Shown here: piece by piece, positions 1-13,272 of the stretch
Position numbering within the stretch: the first letter of the stretch is position 1
Layout of the letters: every line of letters starts with the position of its first letter
NCBI GenBank assembly: GCA_965235115.1
Contig: OZ249447.1
Span: 10,168,001-10,232,000 of the forward strand
DNA length: 64,000 nt
Origin: Laetmonice hystrix
Taxonomy: Eukaryota
Direction: 5' to 3'
Program-made: the position numbers and the translations under genes
The notes under the pieces: model-generated
What the model was told of the DNA's origin: nothing
Seen by the model: the letters and a program-made list of their open reading frames with translations, nothing else
The model's database searches: none

Positions 1-752
1 CCGTTTGTACCATTACCTCTACTGGTTAGATTGAACTCGAGGTTGCTGAGTGCCGTTTGTACCATTACCTCTACTGGTTAGATTGAACTCGAGGTTGCAG
101 AGTGCCGTTTGTACCTACTGGTTAGATTGAACTCGAGGTTGCGGAGTGCCCTTGTACGTACTGGTTAGATTGAACTCGAGGTTGCAGAGTACCGTTGTAC
201 CATTACCTCTACTGGTTAGATTGAACTCGGGGTTGCTGAGTGCCGTTTGTACCATTACCTCTACTGGTTAGATTGAACTCGAGGTTGCAGAGTGCCGTTT
301 GTACCTACTGGTTAGATTGAACTCGAGGTTGCGGAGTGCCCTTGTACCTACTGGTTAGATTGAACTCGAGGTTGCAGAGTGCCGTTTGTACCATTACCTC
401 TACTGGTTAGATTGAACTCGAGGTTGCAGAGTGCTGTTTGTACCATTACCTCTACTGGTTAGATTGAACTCGAGGTTGCAGAGTACCGTTGTACCATTAC
501 CTCTACTGGTTAGATTGATTGGTTGCGGAGTGCCCTTGTACCTACTGGTTAGATTGAACTCGAGGTTGCGGAGTGCCCTTGTACCTACTGGATAGATTGA
601 ACTCGAGGTTGCAGAGTGCCCTTGTACCTACTGGTTAGATTGAACTCGAGGTTGCGGAGTGCCCTTGTACCTACTGGTTAGATTGAACTCGAGGTTGCGG
701 AGTGCCCTTGTACCTACTGGTTAGATTGAACTCGAGGTTGCAGAGTGCCGTT
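1..752. repeat. Tandem minisatellite, 43/44-bp and 52/53-bp variant monomers (truncated by window start)
   Basis: About 16 copies of CTACTGGTTAGATTGAACTCGAGGTTGC(A/G)GAGTGCC..., with or without a CATTACCT module. The GTTGCTGAG variant recurs 190 bp apart, indicating a higher-order unit. Confidence 0.95.
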
Positions 753-1737
753 ATAATGTAGAGACACCACGCGCCTCTCAAACATAAACACGTCAGAGAA
801 CTACAGAAGGAGGACGATACATCCACAAGGTTGACGTTGACCATGTGTGTCCGATGACAGGACCGAGTTAGCGGTCATTGACCGGACCGACTCCGGCCGG
901 CTCAGGGTAGGACCACACCGGTGATCTGGTCGGAGGTGGACCCTCCTATCGCCTCCCACCCTCACACCCCTTCACACCCACCCTGACTCACGCCATCTCA
1001 CATCAACCGGACCTCCATCCATAGCGTGGTCATCGGTTTCTGTTCACAGATACTCTCAGCTGTTCGAGCAGAAACAGGCCCGGCTCATGTCATCTTGACA
1101 CTCCATGATAAGCCCAAACAGACCACTGCAGCTACTCAACTTCAAATACAAATCCTAAACATTACGTCAGCGGCCAAAGATCCCCTCCACGTTTACCTCA
1201 GCGTTAATAAAAGTTGCACTCAACTGAACTTAACGAGAAATTTTATCAAACAAAAATATATGTGTTGAATGCTTAAAACCTGTTAAAGTTTGAATAAATT
1301 ATATACAATACACAGAATAACATATATACATATACTTCATTGTAATCTGGTAACAAGTAAAAAGTCTATCTCTCTGGCGGCCGGGACTAGAACCTGCCCA
1401 CTGTATCTCGGTGTGAAGCAATTAAGGGGTTTCATATATCAGTGTGAATAAAAAGTATTTTTAAAAAAGAAAAAAAAAACACCCACTACTGATCAATCTA
1501 TACGACGTCAACCGGTTGACATGCACCACTTCAGTCGACAGTCGGTGTGATGATGACTGACAGAGGAACAGTCACGACATGTCGACATTAGCAGGACCAC
1601 CAGTCGCATCCCTCCTTGGCTCTGTCCCCAAGTCAAAACCTGTCGTTATCAGTGGGTGGGGTGGGGAAGGGGTCGTCACTCCCAGCCAGCCTCGATCGGT
1701 CTGCACCGATCATTATACCTCACCTTGAGAGCCGTAT

Positions 1738-1751
1738 GAGAGAGAGAGAGA

Positions 1752-1811
<60 letters not shown>

Positions 1812-1813
1812 GA
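1738..1813. repeat. (GA)n microsatellite
   Basis: Direct reading; it produces the spurious ERERE/SLSLS ORFs. Confidence 0.95.
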
Positions 1814-1961
1814 GATTTTGTAACACAACTGTGTTTGTAAGCATATGTTCGATTCTATATTCTATACATAATGATAAATGGGATATCTGATCGGACAGGG
1901 ATATAATTACGTCTCCCCCCAGCTGGGGGAGACGTTTTGTTTTGCACGCTGTTTCTGACCG

Positions 1962-2016
<55 letters not shown>

Positions 2017-3094
2017 TTATTTTCCTCTTTTTGGAATAACTCGGCCACTGTTAGAGAGGGAGTTATCAAATTTGAAATGGCCCGACAGAACCTTCTGAAA
2101 AATCTTTGTTTCTACTTATAGTGCCATTTGACCTTTGACCTCTTCTGTGGCACGAATGTGCCAACTTGTGCTGTGATCACGATAACGCGAGAAAAATAGC
2201 CTGAATCGATCCAAAATTGGTATGTCGGCCTTCTTTCATCCGGGGCTTGGACAAGTTCGAAAACCAGTTTGGTTGACCCAGAACTTTCAAGATGGCGGCT
2301 GATCTAAAAAAAATGGCACGTGCCATTTTTTTGCCAAAGCCATAACTCGGAAAATACTGGCTGGAATAACATCAAATTTGGTCAGCAGGGTCATCTATGC
2401 GCCAAATTTAGATTTCCCGGAGGACACGTTCCTGTGACCCCAGATGACCTCTGTGTGACCTTCAACATTTTCGAAGTGGTTGGGCGCTTACTTGACGTCA
2501 GCTCAAAAACTACCGGGGCTAGAAAGGCCTAATTTGGGGAAAAGACAACTGTGGATATTTTCTCGGGATTTTGCTATTTTTAGCACTTCATGACCTTTGA
2601 CCTCAGTACCGTGCCAACCTTAGAGAAGCCTTTTATATATCCCAAACCCCTGACCGTATCTTTATGAAACTTGGTGGAGAAGAATCTCCAGGTCTTTGCC
2701 TACAACCGCTACATTAAGTGTTTTTCTCTACAGTTAATAGTTTCCGACTTATGCGTCTTACACAGCGCGTAAACAACTTGTTTCTGATTGGCTGTATGCT
2801 AATGAGTATCCAGAACTAGCGTGGGAAAAAAAATTCGCCAGCGGGCCCGCTCCCAGTCACTGGCCTGTGCGCCTGTTCTCAGCCGTTGTCCCTGGCAACT
2901 CCCGCCAATCCCCAGTCAGGCGTCCTTCTCAACCGTGGTAACTCCCCACCAAACCCCTACACGGGCCGGCCGCCCGTCCCCCACCTATGGAATACCGGCG
3001 ACGACATGCGAGATGAGAGACAGTGTGTTTGGGTTAGGGTAAAGGTTAGGCCTACGGTTAGTGTTAGTTTTCACTTTAGCCCCAAAATTATTGT

Positions 3095-3680
3095 CATCAG
3101 TATTTTCAATTAGCAGTAACTTGGAAATAGAGCCAGATAGGCCCATAGTTACTATTGAAGACAGATAGGAAGTCATTATGGCCTTTAAAATGACACAATT
3201 TTTAATTAGGTCACGTGACCCTACGTGACTCTATGACATCATCGGTATTTTCAATTAGCAATAACTTGGAAACAGAGCCAGATAGGCCCATAGTTACTAT
3301 TGTAGACAGATAGGAAGTCATATATGGCCTTTCAAATGACACCATTTTTAATTAGGTCATGTGACCATATATGGCTGTATGACGTCATCAGTGTTTTCAG
3401 CTGGCAGTAACTTGGAAAAAGAGCCAGATAGGCCCATACGTACTAGTGATACCCATAGGAAGTCATATATGGCCTTTCAAATGACACCATTTTTAGTTAG
3501 GTCACGTGACCCTACGTTGCCCTATGACGTCATTGGTATTTTAAGATGGCTGTAACTTAGAAACAGAGCCAGATGGGGCCATGGTTCCTATTAAACTCAT
3601 ATGGAAAATCATATATGAGTTTCCAATTTACGTCAATTTAAATGCTGTCACGTGACCCCATCTGGCTTAATGACCCTTTT
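3095..3680. repeat. 145-bp satellite, ~4 diverged copies (inside HINE)
   Basis: TATTTTCAATTAGC-type anchors at 3101, 3246, 3392 and 3537. Monomers carry GGTCACGTGACC or a variant of it. Confidence 0.9.
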
Positions 3681-3689
3681 TAGGTAATT

Positions 3690-4622
3690 TTCAACCAAAG
3701 ATCAGTGATATCTCGAAAACGGTTAAAGATATCAATGTCTGGGTTTCACCTTTGGGTTTAGCATAAAAAACTTGACCCATCCTCAGCGAATTTGAAAAAT
3801 CCAAGATGGCGGCCAAGTTGACCTAATTTCCAATTTCAGCACCATTGGATTGGGTAATAGGTCCACTATCTCTGACACCGAGATGGCTCCCCTAAATTCG
3901 ATAGTTTCCATCTTATGGCCCCTCAAAGTTGGCCCTTTTAGGTTATTTTCAACCAAACATCAGTGATACCTCGAAAACGGTTAAAGATATCAACGTCTGG
4001 TTTTCACCATTGGGTTTGGGATGAAAACCTTGAGCCATTTTCCCTGAATTTGAAAAATCCAAGATGGCGGCCAAGTTGACCTAATTTCCGATTTTAACAC
4101 CATTGGATTGGGTAATAGGTCAGCTGTCTCTGACACCGAGATGGCTCCCCTAAAATCAATAGTTTCCAAGTTATGGCTCTTCAAAGTTGGCCCTTTTAGG
4201 TCATTTTCAACCAAAAATCAGTGATATCTCTAAAACGGTTAAAGATATCAACGTCTGGTTTTCACCATTGGGGTTAGGATGGAACACTTGACCCATTTAA
4301 ACTGAATTTGAAAAATCCAAGATGGCGGCCAAGTTGACCTAATTTCCGATTTTAAAACCATTGGATTGGGTAATGGGTCAGCTGTCTCTGACACCGAGAT
4401 GGCTCCCCTAAAATCAATAGTTTCCAAATTATGGCTCTTCAAAGTTGGCCCTTTTAGGTCATTTTCAACCCAAAATCAGTGATATCTCTAAAACGGTTAA
4501 AGATATCAACGTCTGGTTTTCACCATTGGGGTTAGGATGGAAAACTTGACCCATTTGAACAGAATTTGAAAAATCCAAGATGGCGGCCAAGTTGACCTAA
4601 TTTCCGATTTTAACACCATTGA
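3690..4622. repeat. 258-bp satellite, ~3.6 copies (inside HINE)
   Basis: CCAAGATGGCGGCC at 3801, 4059, 4317 and 4575 (period 258). Confidence 0.92.
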
Positions 4623-4899
4623 CTGGTGAATGGGATACCTGTGCCCTGGGCACCTCGCAACTAGTTAATCTTTTCTTTCGCATAGAAAATCTGCCATAGC
4701 TATATCATTGCTTTTGCAACACACTACTTTCATACTAATTAGTCTTCTCTCAAAAATTATATGATGTCATTACTTTAAAAAAGGGGAGACGTCCTGTTCG
4801 GACTGAACAATTTCTAGTTAGGCCTAGTATAAGTAATGGAATTTAGTTTTCATCATGGCTGCCCCCACCCGTTGAAAAAGCTGGTTCGGCCCCAGCAGG

Positions 4900-5321
4900 C
4901 CAGACTACTGACAGACGTGATGTACCAGGGGCAGCATGCAGAGGGAACGATTGGCGCGGAGTTAGCATTGTCAGATGTGTACATTCAGGTCTGGAGACGG
5001 GAGTCCGTGCCACAGACTACTGACAGACGTGATGTACCAGGGGCAGCAGATGGAACGATTGGCGCGGAGTTAGCATTGTCAGATGTGTACATTCAGGTCT
5101 GTAGACGGGAGTCCGTGCCACAGACTACTGACAGACGTGATGTACCAGGGGCAGCAGATGGAACGATTGGCGTGGAGTTAGCATTGTGTACATTCAGGTC
5201 TGTAGACGGGAGTCCATACCACAGACTACTGACAGACGTGATGTACCAGGGGCAGCAGATGGAACGATTGGCGTGGAGTTAGCATTGTGTACATTCAGGT
5301 CTGTAGACGGGAGTCCGTACC
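4900..5321. repeat. ~100-112-bp tandem repeat, 4 copies
   Basis: CAGACTACTGACAGACG at 4901, 5013, 5121 and 5222. Confidence 0.92.
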
Positions 5322-6333
5322 ACGACCTCTGTTTACACTCACCCACTAGTCCTATCATCACGTGTTATCACCGGCAGGTCAATGGTCGCCGAGACGTAAC
5401 CCAGACTGCGCGCGCCACCTGCCCCTGGCGGCGGGCGCGCACACTAAACAAACCCTGCCAGACGCCAGCGTCTGACGTAATGATCTGCCCAAGGAACGCC
5501 AGCTGAATCTCACGACGGCTATTTGATACCTCCCATTCATACTCAGGGGTGATCTCTAATCTGAATGATGTTTAAAAAGATGGAATTCCTTTGTCTTGGT
5601 GAGGTTAACATTGACATGACCTGCATCACGTCATTACGTCATTATGTTGATTACTGATATCCCGGATGGAGAGAGTATGCCTAGATCTATAGACTTTATC
5701 AGACAGTTTTGAGATGATCCCTAACGTCATTCCTGTCTCAATAGAACGATCTGTGTTTAAGATAACCTTAGATCAGTATATATATTGACGGCAGCCGTTC
5801 AACTGATGATGAAAATATACGAATAAACGTGTTCTATGGTGGCCACTCAACCTACAGGGACGCCATCTGTGACCGGGGAGGGCATGCGACAACTTGTTCG
5901 CTCGTCTCAAAGTTGTTACCATAGTAACGTTACCATGGGGATGTTACCATGAGGATCCACCTATTACCCCCCCCCCCCGACCCCCAGCTACTGGTGACGT
6001 TATGAGGCGGGGGGGGGGGGGGGCTGAAGGACCCCGCCCCCTCTCCGGCCATCAATGTTATTGATGACGGCTATCAGACCAAATGACGACCAACACTCGC
6101 AAGGAGGCGGCCACTTACACGTCTGGCCGCTAATATATCATAATCTTTAAGTCTTCCTGACTAGGATTAACAGTGGCAGCTGGATTAAGATTGTAAGATA
6201 ATAGAGTCGGGAGGGGGTGGGGGTACCGTAGATAGCCGCCGGAAGAACTGAATTACGGCTCAGCTGTTGGTGATTAAAGGTTTTTTGTTGGTATGGCCAA
6301 GTCCGTTGGACTGACCTTTCAGCTGTCCAAACG

Positions 6334-6523
6334 AAGTCTGTGGGGAATACTTAGGTAAAACGTAGGCGGACACTGATATAGACACACTTTGTGGCACACG
6401 GTCACTTTTAAAGTATCTGATTAATGTACAAGAAAGTCCGTGGGGAAGACATTCTTAGTTAAAACGTAGGCGGATACTGATATGTACTCTTTGTGGCACA
6501 CGGTCCCTTTTAAAGTATCCGAT
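6334..6523. repeat. Diverged ~100-bp tandem duplication
   Basis: Two copies of AAGTCYGTGGGGAA...AAAACGTAGGCGGA...CTTTGTGGCACACGGTC...TTTTAAAGTATC. Confidence 0.85.
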
Positions 6524-9520
6524 TCATTCTACAATATACATGTATCTCTAATATTTCCTTGATCTCTCTCGCTTCCGTCATTGATCTTGTATTGTTGAAA
6601 AAAGTTGTTCTACTGGTCTCCACTGAAAAACGGCCTGTATCCGATGTGTATGCACCAGTCTAAATAAAAGATCTTTAAAAAAAATAGTTTTAAAGCGTTT
6701 CCAATATCCTTTCACTATTTCCTGCACACAATTTATTATGATCCATATAATGTGGGGATATCGAACACATCCGGTCCGGTGGATTGTTTAAAGGTATAAA
6801 CCTCAGGCTCGTGGTTAAAGGGTCTATTCGGGCCACGTTACACTTTTTTTCTTACAGGGAAAGAAAAACAAAAGACAAAATAGTGAACTTTGCTTAGTCG
6901 ACTAGATCCGATCATCTTTCCGCCTGAAGATCTGGCGTCTGAGACACGGGTAATGACTCACTGGTAGTCATCATTTGGAAATATGTCACAGATCGACTGA
7001 TTGAACGGGAACGGGAGATATTACATCCCTTTGGAAGAGTCATGTCGCACTTTTCTCAGCCTTGCACCCTCCCGGCTCCAAGTGAACACTCTGTGGCTCA
7101 TCATACTGCCAGTGCTTGACCATCAGCACGTGTATCCAGACTACGACCGAACGTGGCCACAGGTTTTTTCCTTCAACATCAAGTTCATGGAAGACAGCCC
7201 TGAGTCTATCCAACGAGACTTCGTGGGTCTATCTTAGCGGCACTTCCACATGTTGCCATCTCCTAATACTAACAATTTTCACGGCATCGACACCGAATCT
7301 TAAATCTTTTTAGCCCTTTCTTCTCAAAATATCCCAAATTTACATGGGTCGCTATGGTTCTGAGCACCTTAAGTAGGCCCCTACCAGTTGTTCGTTATCT
7401 TCGCTGCTAATGATTAAATAACGATGAAACAATTCTCTACTTAACATCTATGACATCATAACATCTATGTCCAAGTCCATGCCTATCAGCTATCAAACGT
7501 ACGGTACCATTTTTTTCCCCAATTTAAGAGAAGCCCTTGACCTGTGCCCTGCCTAACGTGACCTGGCGGCCGACTGTGCCCGCAGCAGCTGCCGTTTGGT
7601 GGCCTGGCCAGTGTCGCCCACTCCCAGCGATGATACGTACACTAAACAAACCCCAGTCGATCTGTCTCAACTTCATCTCTCCCCAAACCTCGGCCAGATA
7701 TCCCCGCTCGGTCGGCACTCCACAAAGTCTCAATCTCCGTGTTTTTCAAACTGGTCCACATACTTCTTAGATTATGCCGCGCTTGTGTTTCGCCTTGCCA
7801 ATTTCCAGTGGGAGGAGCTGAAGATTAAAAAGCGTCCTGATTGGCTAATATTACCCTTCAACCGCCAGGCAGCCGTTTGTAGCCATCTTGTCTGTCAGAA
7901 CTTGTAACGGGGAAGTTTGGAGGCGGATAGGCAAACACCACATTCAACGGGCAGACAGTTTTTCCGCTGAGGTATCAGTTTAATAAGTCTTTAACCTTGA
8001 TAAATTAAAGTAAATAAATCATCCGGCGATTTTTGACCACACATGGTAGTCATTATAATCCCAAATCTAGTCGTTTGTTTCTCGTAAGATGACAAAACAT
8101 GAGCTGTCACTAAAACTCCTCAAGCGTCTAGATCAGTTGATTAGAAACTGAACTTTTTACGAGCGCGGGTGCTTGTGGAGCATTTTATATACAAGCGGGA
8201 CAGTCAAGGCAATCTTGAGACCACTGTACTTCTAATAATCTGCACAGATGTCTTCATTGCTTACACTGTTTGAAAAACAAGAAGCAAGAACCGCCACTAG
8301 AATCTAAACCTCTGGGTGTAAATGTCAGTGATGTCCTAAAGTTGTAAGAGTGAGTGGTATCCCGTACTGAGGGTTAATGACCCCTGTCTGCCCGTATTGA
8401 CCTGTGTGTGGGAGGGACGGGAGGGGGCGTACTATACGTCTGGCTGAGAGAGTTCGGTACAGGTAGGACGCTATTGAAGGTCAGAGGTTGACGACTTGGC
8501 ACGCCCTATGTCCGGCATCCCCTGGTCCGACCCCCAGTTCCCCGCCTCAGCCTGGCCCCTGAACCTACACCGCCCTGGATCGCCATGAGTGCGGCATGGA
8601 GGGTTGCCAGGAATACTGCCTGGAAGACATTTCCAGGAATCTTCATTACGACCATCTCTTGGCATGGCGGGGGTGATGAGTCTGTGATGGACCGTTTGGC
8701 TCCTCAACAAGACCACCCCGGAGAGCGGTAACCTGGCTACTACAACCTCAGGGCCATGTTCAAATCAGGCCAAACTCCCTTCTTCCGAGCTAACAGTTTA
8801 TACAGGCACCGGTAGATATTCTGAGTTAGGGGACCAGAAACAACTCTAGGTCCCTGAGATGTGAGAGTATCCAGGCGGGAATATCGGCCCCAATAGGGGG
8901 GTGGCAAGACGCGTACGGATAAAGTATTTCTTCATGACTGTAAATGTCACAAACAGAATGACTGCTTGCTTAAACAAGTCTCTTTGTTTGACTTGTGTCC
9001 CGTATACTATTGTAGTGGTATAGAGTGGGATATGCACTACAACAGCGTATACTGAACGATGTCACGATTGTCCTTTTCATACATTGTACCTATGACCATA
9101 GAGGTCATATCATATCGTGCAATTAACATCGCCTTGTGGTGGATAGTTGAGAAAATATGTCCAATTATTTAGGGGGAACTTGCTGTTGTTGAGTATGAAT
9201 TCAAAAGGATCCTAATCATTCTCATTAAGACCAGCATATCAAGTAACATACTTTTCCGAGACAGCCTCTTCAGTCAATGTTATATTCCTTATCGATTGTT
9301 TGCCTTTAGCCTACATGTCGGTTTCCATACATACGGTGTATTATATATAGCCTTACGTTTGTTTCATCTGGCATATATATCTGCTAGGTATAGGGAATTC
9401 TATCTCTGTCACAGGCTAGCCTAGATGTGATCCCAGATCTGTTATTGACCTAAACCTAATAATTGTAACCTAAGGTCGTTGCCATTGCCAACACCAAACC
9501 CGCCAGCAAGGATATCACAA

Positions 9521-10387
9521 TATATCGGGTGGATAAAAAAAACGCCCCGAACTTTAAACTTCAATATTTCAAAAAGTAATGATTGTAATTCAATGATTTT
9601 TTTCTTAATACCACTTCATGATGTTGTCTCTTAGTTGTTATTGTTACAAGTCAATAGCTTGGATAATATTTCCGTGGCGCTAAAAACAAAAATCATTGTA
9701 CAAAAGCGCAATGCCGGCCTAAAGCGAGTTGTAGTCGCACCCAGAGTCCCTGGCCTCACACTAGAGTAGGTGGTCAATCGGTCCCCCGTTTTCACTTCAT
9801 ACTGCTCTCAGTCTCTTTTTCCATGAACCAATGCACTTCCTGATCTCTGATAGGGAAATATCTTCCCAACATTGGGAAGTATGCAACGTTCTGAATGTGT
9901 TGTTAAACGTGATAATGATACGATTTCCCTTGAACTTCTAGTTACAGACGATATATCGTCTTAATGTTGCAGTTTCTCTGTAGGGTTTGGCACATTAAAC
10001 ATCTGTTTTTCTCTAGAAGTACTAGGAATAGCACATAATTTATTATATCTAGTGGTCCACAACATTATACATATTGTAAAACATGCAAAAACTAAATATT
10101 GAAAATGTTTTTTACCCAAGGTACAACGCGGTGCATCAAACAGGTGTCAAATTGGACACCTGGCAGCTGCATGATTTTTGACCTAATTCCGGCATTGCGT
10201 TTTTAGACACTGATTTTTGTTTTTAACGCCACAGGATTAATATCAAAACTATTTAGCTGAAACTTTAACATACCAGAGATAATATCATGAAGTGATATTA
10301 AGAGAAATTTTATTGAATTATAATGCATAGTTTTTGAAATATTAAAGTTTAAACTTCGGGGCGTTTTTTTTTTATCCACCCGATATA
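9521..10387 (-). mobile_element. Internally deleted Tc1/mariner-superfamily DNA transposon with long (~200 bp) TIRs
   Basis: TATATCGGGTGGATAAAAAAAACGCCCCGAA at 9521 is the reverse complement of 10356-10387. Diverged inverted similarity continues to GCGCAATGCCGG/CCGGCATTGCG. The ends carry TA, and a transposase C-terminal relic lies inside. Confidence 0.85.
9761..9880 (-). pseudogene. Tc1/mariner transposase C-terminal relic
   Basis: Manual translation TSQCWEDISLSEIRKCIGSWKKRLRAV*SENGGPIDHLL* matches the typical Tc1 C-terminus (W..I....I...I.S...RL.AVI...GG...). It has one premature TGA. Confidence 0.75.
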
Positions 10388-12929
10388 ACTTCAGCACAGC
10401 TCTAAATCTAGGAGTAAGCGTGTACCACAGATCACAGGATCTGTGTGTATAGTACATTGATGAATTCTTCATGTCACCGTGTATTATAGTATTGTTTGGC
10501 AGCCTTCCTGATGAAAACTTACACTAGACGGCCATGAACTACATGGCTACATGGCTACATGTACGGTATTATCACACAGCCTCAAGTTCCCCACGTCGCG
10601 CCAATTCTTGGAATGAAGCAGCTATACGCTGAACCTGAGAGTCTACGCAAAGGTTGCCTCTGACTTCCAAAATATGTTATATTAAATGTATGCATTCTTA
10701 TATAAACCACCCACCTGGTTGTTGGTTATGTTTAGTTCCGATATCCCTTTTCAAATATCTATCTCATTTCATAACTCGGGAAATGCAATGAGTTCAATAC
10801 AGCAAACGGTTTGTTTTTCTTACGCCTATCGATCCAATTTCTGAGTACTGAATTTACGGCGGAGAAGGTGCAGAAGATAAGACAAGACCAACTCCCTCAC
10901 CCGTCGGAAAAACTTTCCATCAATATCATGCACATGTAAAGAAACACAGAACTTTAATATATATCCTTGAAAAATAAACCGTTGAATAGCTGTCATAAAA
11001 TACCTACAAGAGCAGGAAGCAACGCTCTCTCTCTCGCCCTCTCTCTCTCTAACTTTATCTACCTCTGCACCCCCTCCCCACCCACCCTTCCACCCCCTCA
11101 CCCACCCACCCTTCCACCCAGCCCCCTCCCCTCCCGTCTCTCTAGCCATGCAGGTGGTGATCACAGACCAGAGCCGCTCAAGAACCGTCAAGACAGTCAG
11201 GGAGAATTCTGACGGATGCATACGCCAACGTAAAGTACCCCTGTATAATATGGCCTGGCAATAAAGAACTATGCAACTGGTGCAGAACAAGACATAGCAA
11301 CCATCTGACAGTTGACAAATTAAACTCGTGTCAACTTGAGCTGAGCAATGACGAGCCTATCAACACCTCGCTACCGTCTCGTCCAATAAGCAGAAGTAAT
11401 TAGTTGTCCCCCCTCCCCCTCCAGCCGACTGCCCGCCCACAGCTGGCGGTGGGGGGGGGGGGGGCGGGGGGGAAAACACGGCCAAGGCGTGGCTCAACCA
11501 TTTGACGGGGCGTGTTGTTTAAAAACTACCAGACTGCCGACAACATAGCGAGGATATTTCTGGTCCTCATATAGCAAACTGGTGCAGACAGGAGGGTTGG
11601 TGTGAATGTGGTCCAATGTATAAACGGTTCCTCCTCCATGTGAGATAGAGCTGACTATATACTATATGGAATGGTGAATGTATCTCATCTAAAATAATGT
11701 TATTCTTCACACGGTGATTAAATACGGAAACTGAGCAGATTTTGGGTAGTGATTCATCTTCAGACCTTTTCCTCTGACAACACATATATTATCAATGAGA
11801 ATAATTATTTCTATGTAGCCCTTTTAGCTTTTTAATCGAGGATACACGTGAGCATTGGACTGACAGGTATCTCCATTGGCTATAAGTGTGGCCAGGTGTG
11901 TTCTCCAGATACTTTTTAATGTTGTTTTTATCCACATCAAAATGTCAGTCTCCACCCCCGACATTAAGACCCAGTGGTGTGAATACCAGGAGTCTAGTTT
12001 TAATCAAGGAAGGAAGGCTGGGTATTTGGGACACGCTATCATTATCACAGCCCAGGTATGGTGTCTATTCACTCCGGTATCCCTGGTACCCGTCTCACAT
12101 CATACCTCACTCCCACCGTCCTCCTGCATCTCTCAACTCTCCCCGCAGTGTCCTCGATCTATCCTTTCACCTTCCGGCAGTAGCGGACCCAGGATAATGT
12201 TAATGGAATGAGGCGCATGGATTCACAGATAATTCAATTCAATATAATACACAAACCGTACGCAAGAACATAATTGGTCTCGAGATTAACCCAATCCATG
12301 GATTCACGCCTATTCCCAGTTGTCAGAAAGTCAGAATTTTCTAGCCTTTTCTCCTTTTTAGAGAGTGGCCCTTATAATTTCGCTGGCATTAGAATTCAGT
12401 TAAACATGACTACCAAACGTACCCAACCCTACTATTAAATCAAGGTTAGATAGTAAGTTAAGCCATTCTTGGGATTAACTTCCCAAAATGTTCTTGCATA
12501 CGGCCCTTAAATAGATCATACCAAGGATTATGTGGCACGTACGGTGCTGCAGATTTTTATAAGGATTTGTATATACGGCTCACGAGCAGCCAACTGAGGC
12601 ATTCCCCGGAAACCGGAGAACCCGGAAAAAACACTCTCTGTATGCCACCTGGGGAGAATATACCCTAGCTTAAGTAGCAGGGAAACTGTGACATAATTAT
12701 ATCTCAGGCAAATCCCAAGAAAAGTCCGCGTATTCGTTTCTTCAGTTTGAGAATACCTCGCTTGCATATGTCTGTTTTTGTTTTGTTTGTTTGTCCCTTC
12801 ACCTAACTTGGACTCCGAGAAGGTCAGACAGCGAGGCTATCCTCATCCATTTGTTTGTCTCCCCATCTGTCCCGCCTCGAGGCAAGGTTTAAACAAGGCA
12901 ACAATTCTACGGGATGTTTCAGAGGCAAT

Positions 12930-13272
12930 CGCTCCATCCTCTGCTCTCATCCCATGCACACTGTGGATGGGGAAGGTGACTGCTAACATGACAGAGTCGC
13001 TCCATCCTCGGCTCTCACCCCATGCACACTGTGGATGGGGAAGGTGACTGCTAACATGACAGAGTCGCTCCATCCTCGGCTCTGACCCCATGCACACTGT
13101 GGATGGGGAAGGTGACTGCTAACATGACAGAGTCGCTCCATCCTCTGCTCTGACCCCATGCACACTGTGGATGGGGAAGGTGACTGCTAACATGACAGAG
13201 TCGCTCCATCCTCGGCTCTCACCCCATGCACACTGTGGATGGGGAAGGCGACTGCTAACATGACGGAGTCGG
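12930..13272. repeat. 68-bp minisatellite, ~5 copies
   Basis: CATGCACACTGTGGATGGGGAAGG at 12953, 13021, 13089, 13157 and ~13225. Confidence 0.95.

Larger units (their letters stand above)
1905..4819 (+). mobile_element. Non-autonomous Helentron-associated interspersed element (HINE/DINE-like) with internal satellite arrays
   Basis: 5' subTIR plus its inverted copy ACGTCTCCCCCC-AGCT-GGGGGAGACGT (1909-1935), then a (CT)n(CTTT)n microsatellite (1964-2014) and central tandem arrays. The 3' subTIR GGGGAGACGT (4783-4792) is followed by the hairpin TGTTC-GGACT-GAACA (4795-4809) and TTTCTAGTT. This order matches the published HINE architecture. Confidence 0.75.

Noticed and set aside
1370-1420. Minus-strand B-box-like GGTTCTAGTCCC (tRNA or SINE)
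   Set aside because: No A box or cloverleaf; at most a SINE remnant.
7001-7313. RFFPSTSSSW segment resembling a LINE ORF2 C-terminal SFFP.T...W motif
   Set aside because: The match is too short and the flanking residues do not fit.
9247-9275. Minus-strand CTGAAGA...GGAAA hammerhead-like core (a similar CTGATGA...GAAA occurs at 14926-14946)
   Set aside because: Stem II does not close correctly before GAAA and no stems I/III were found.
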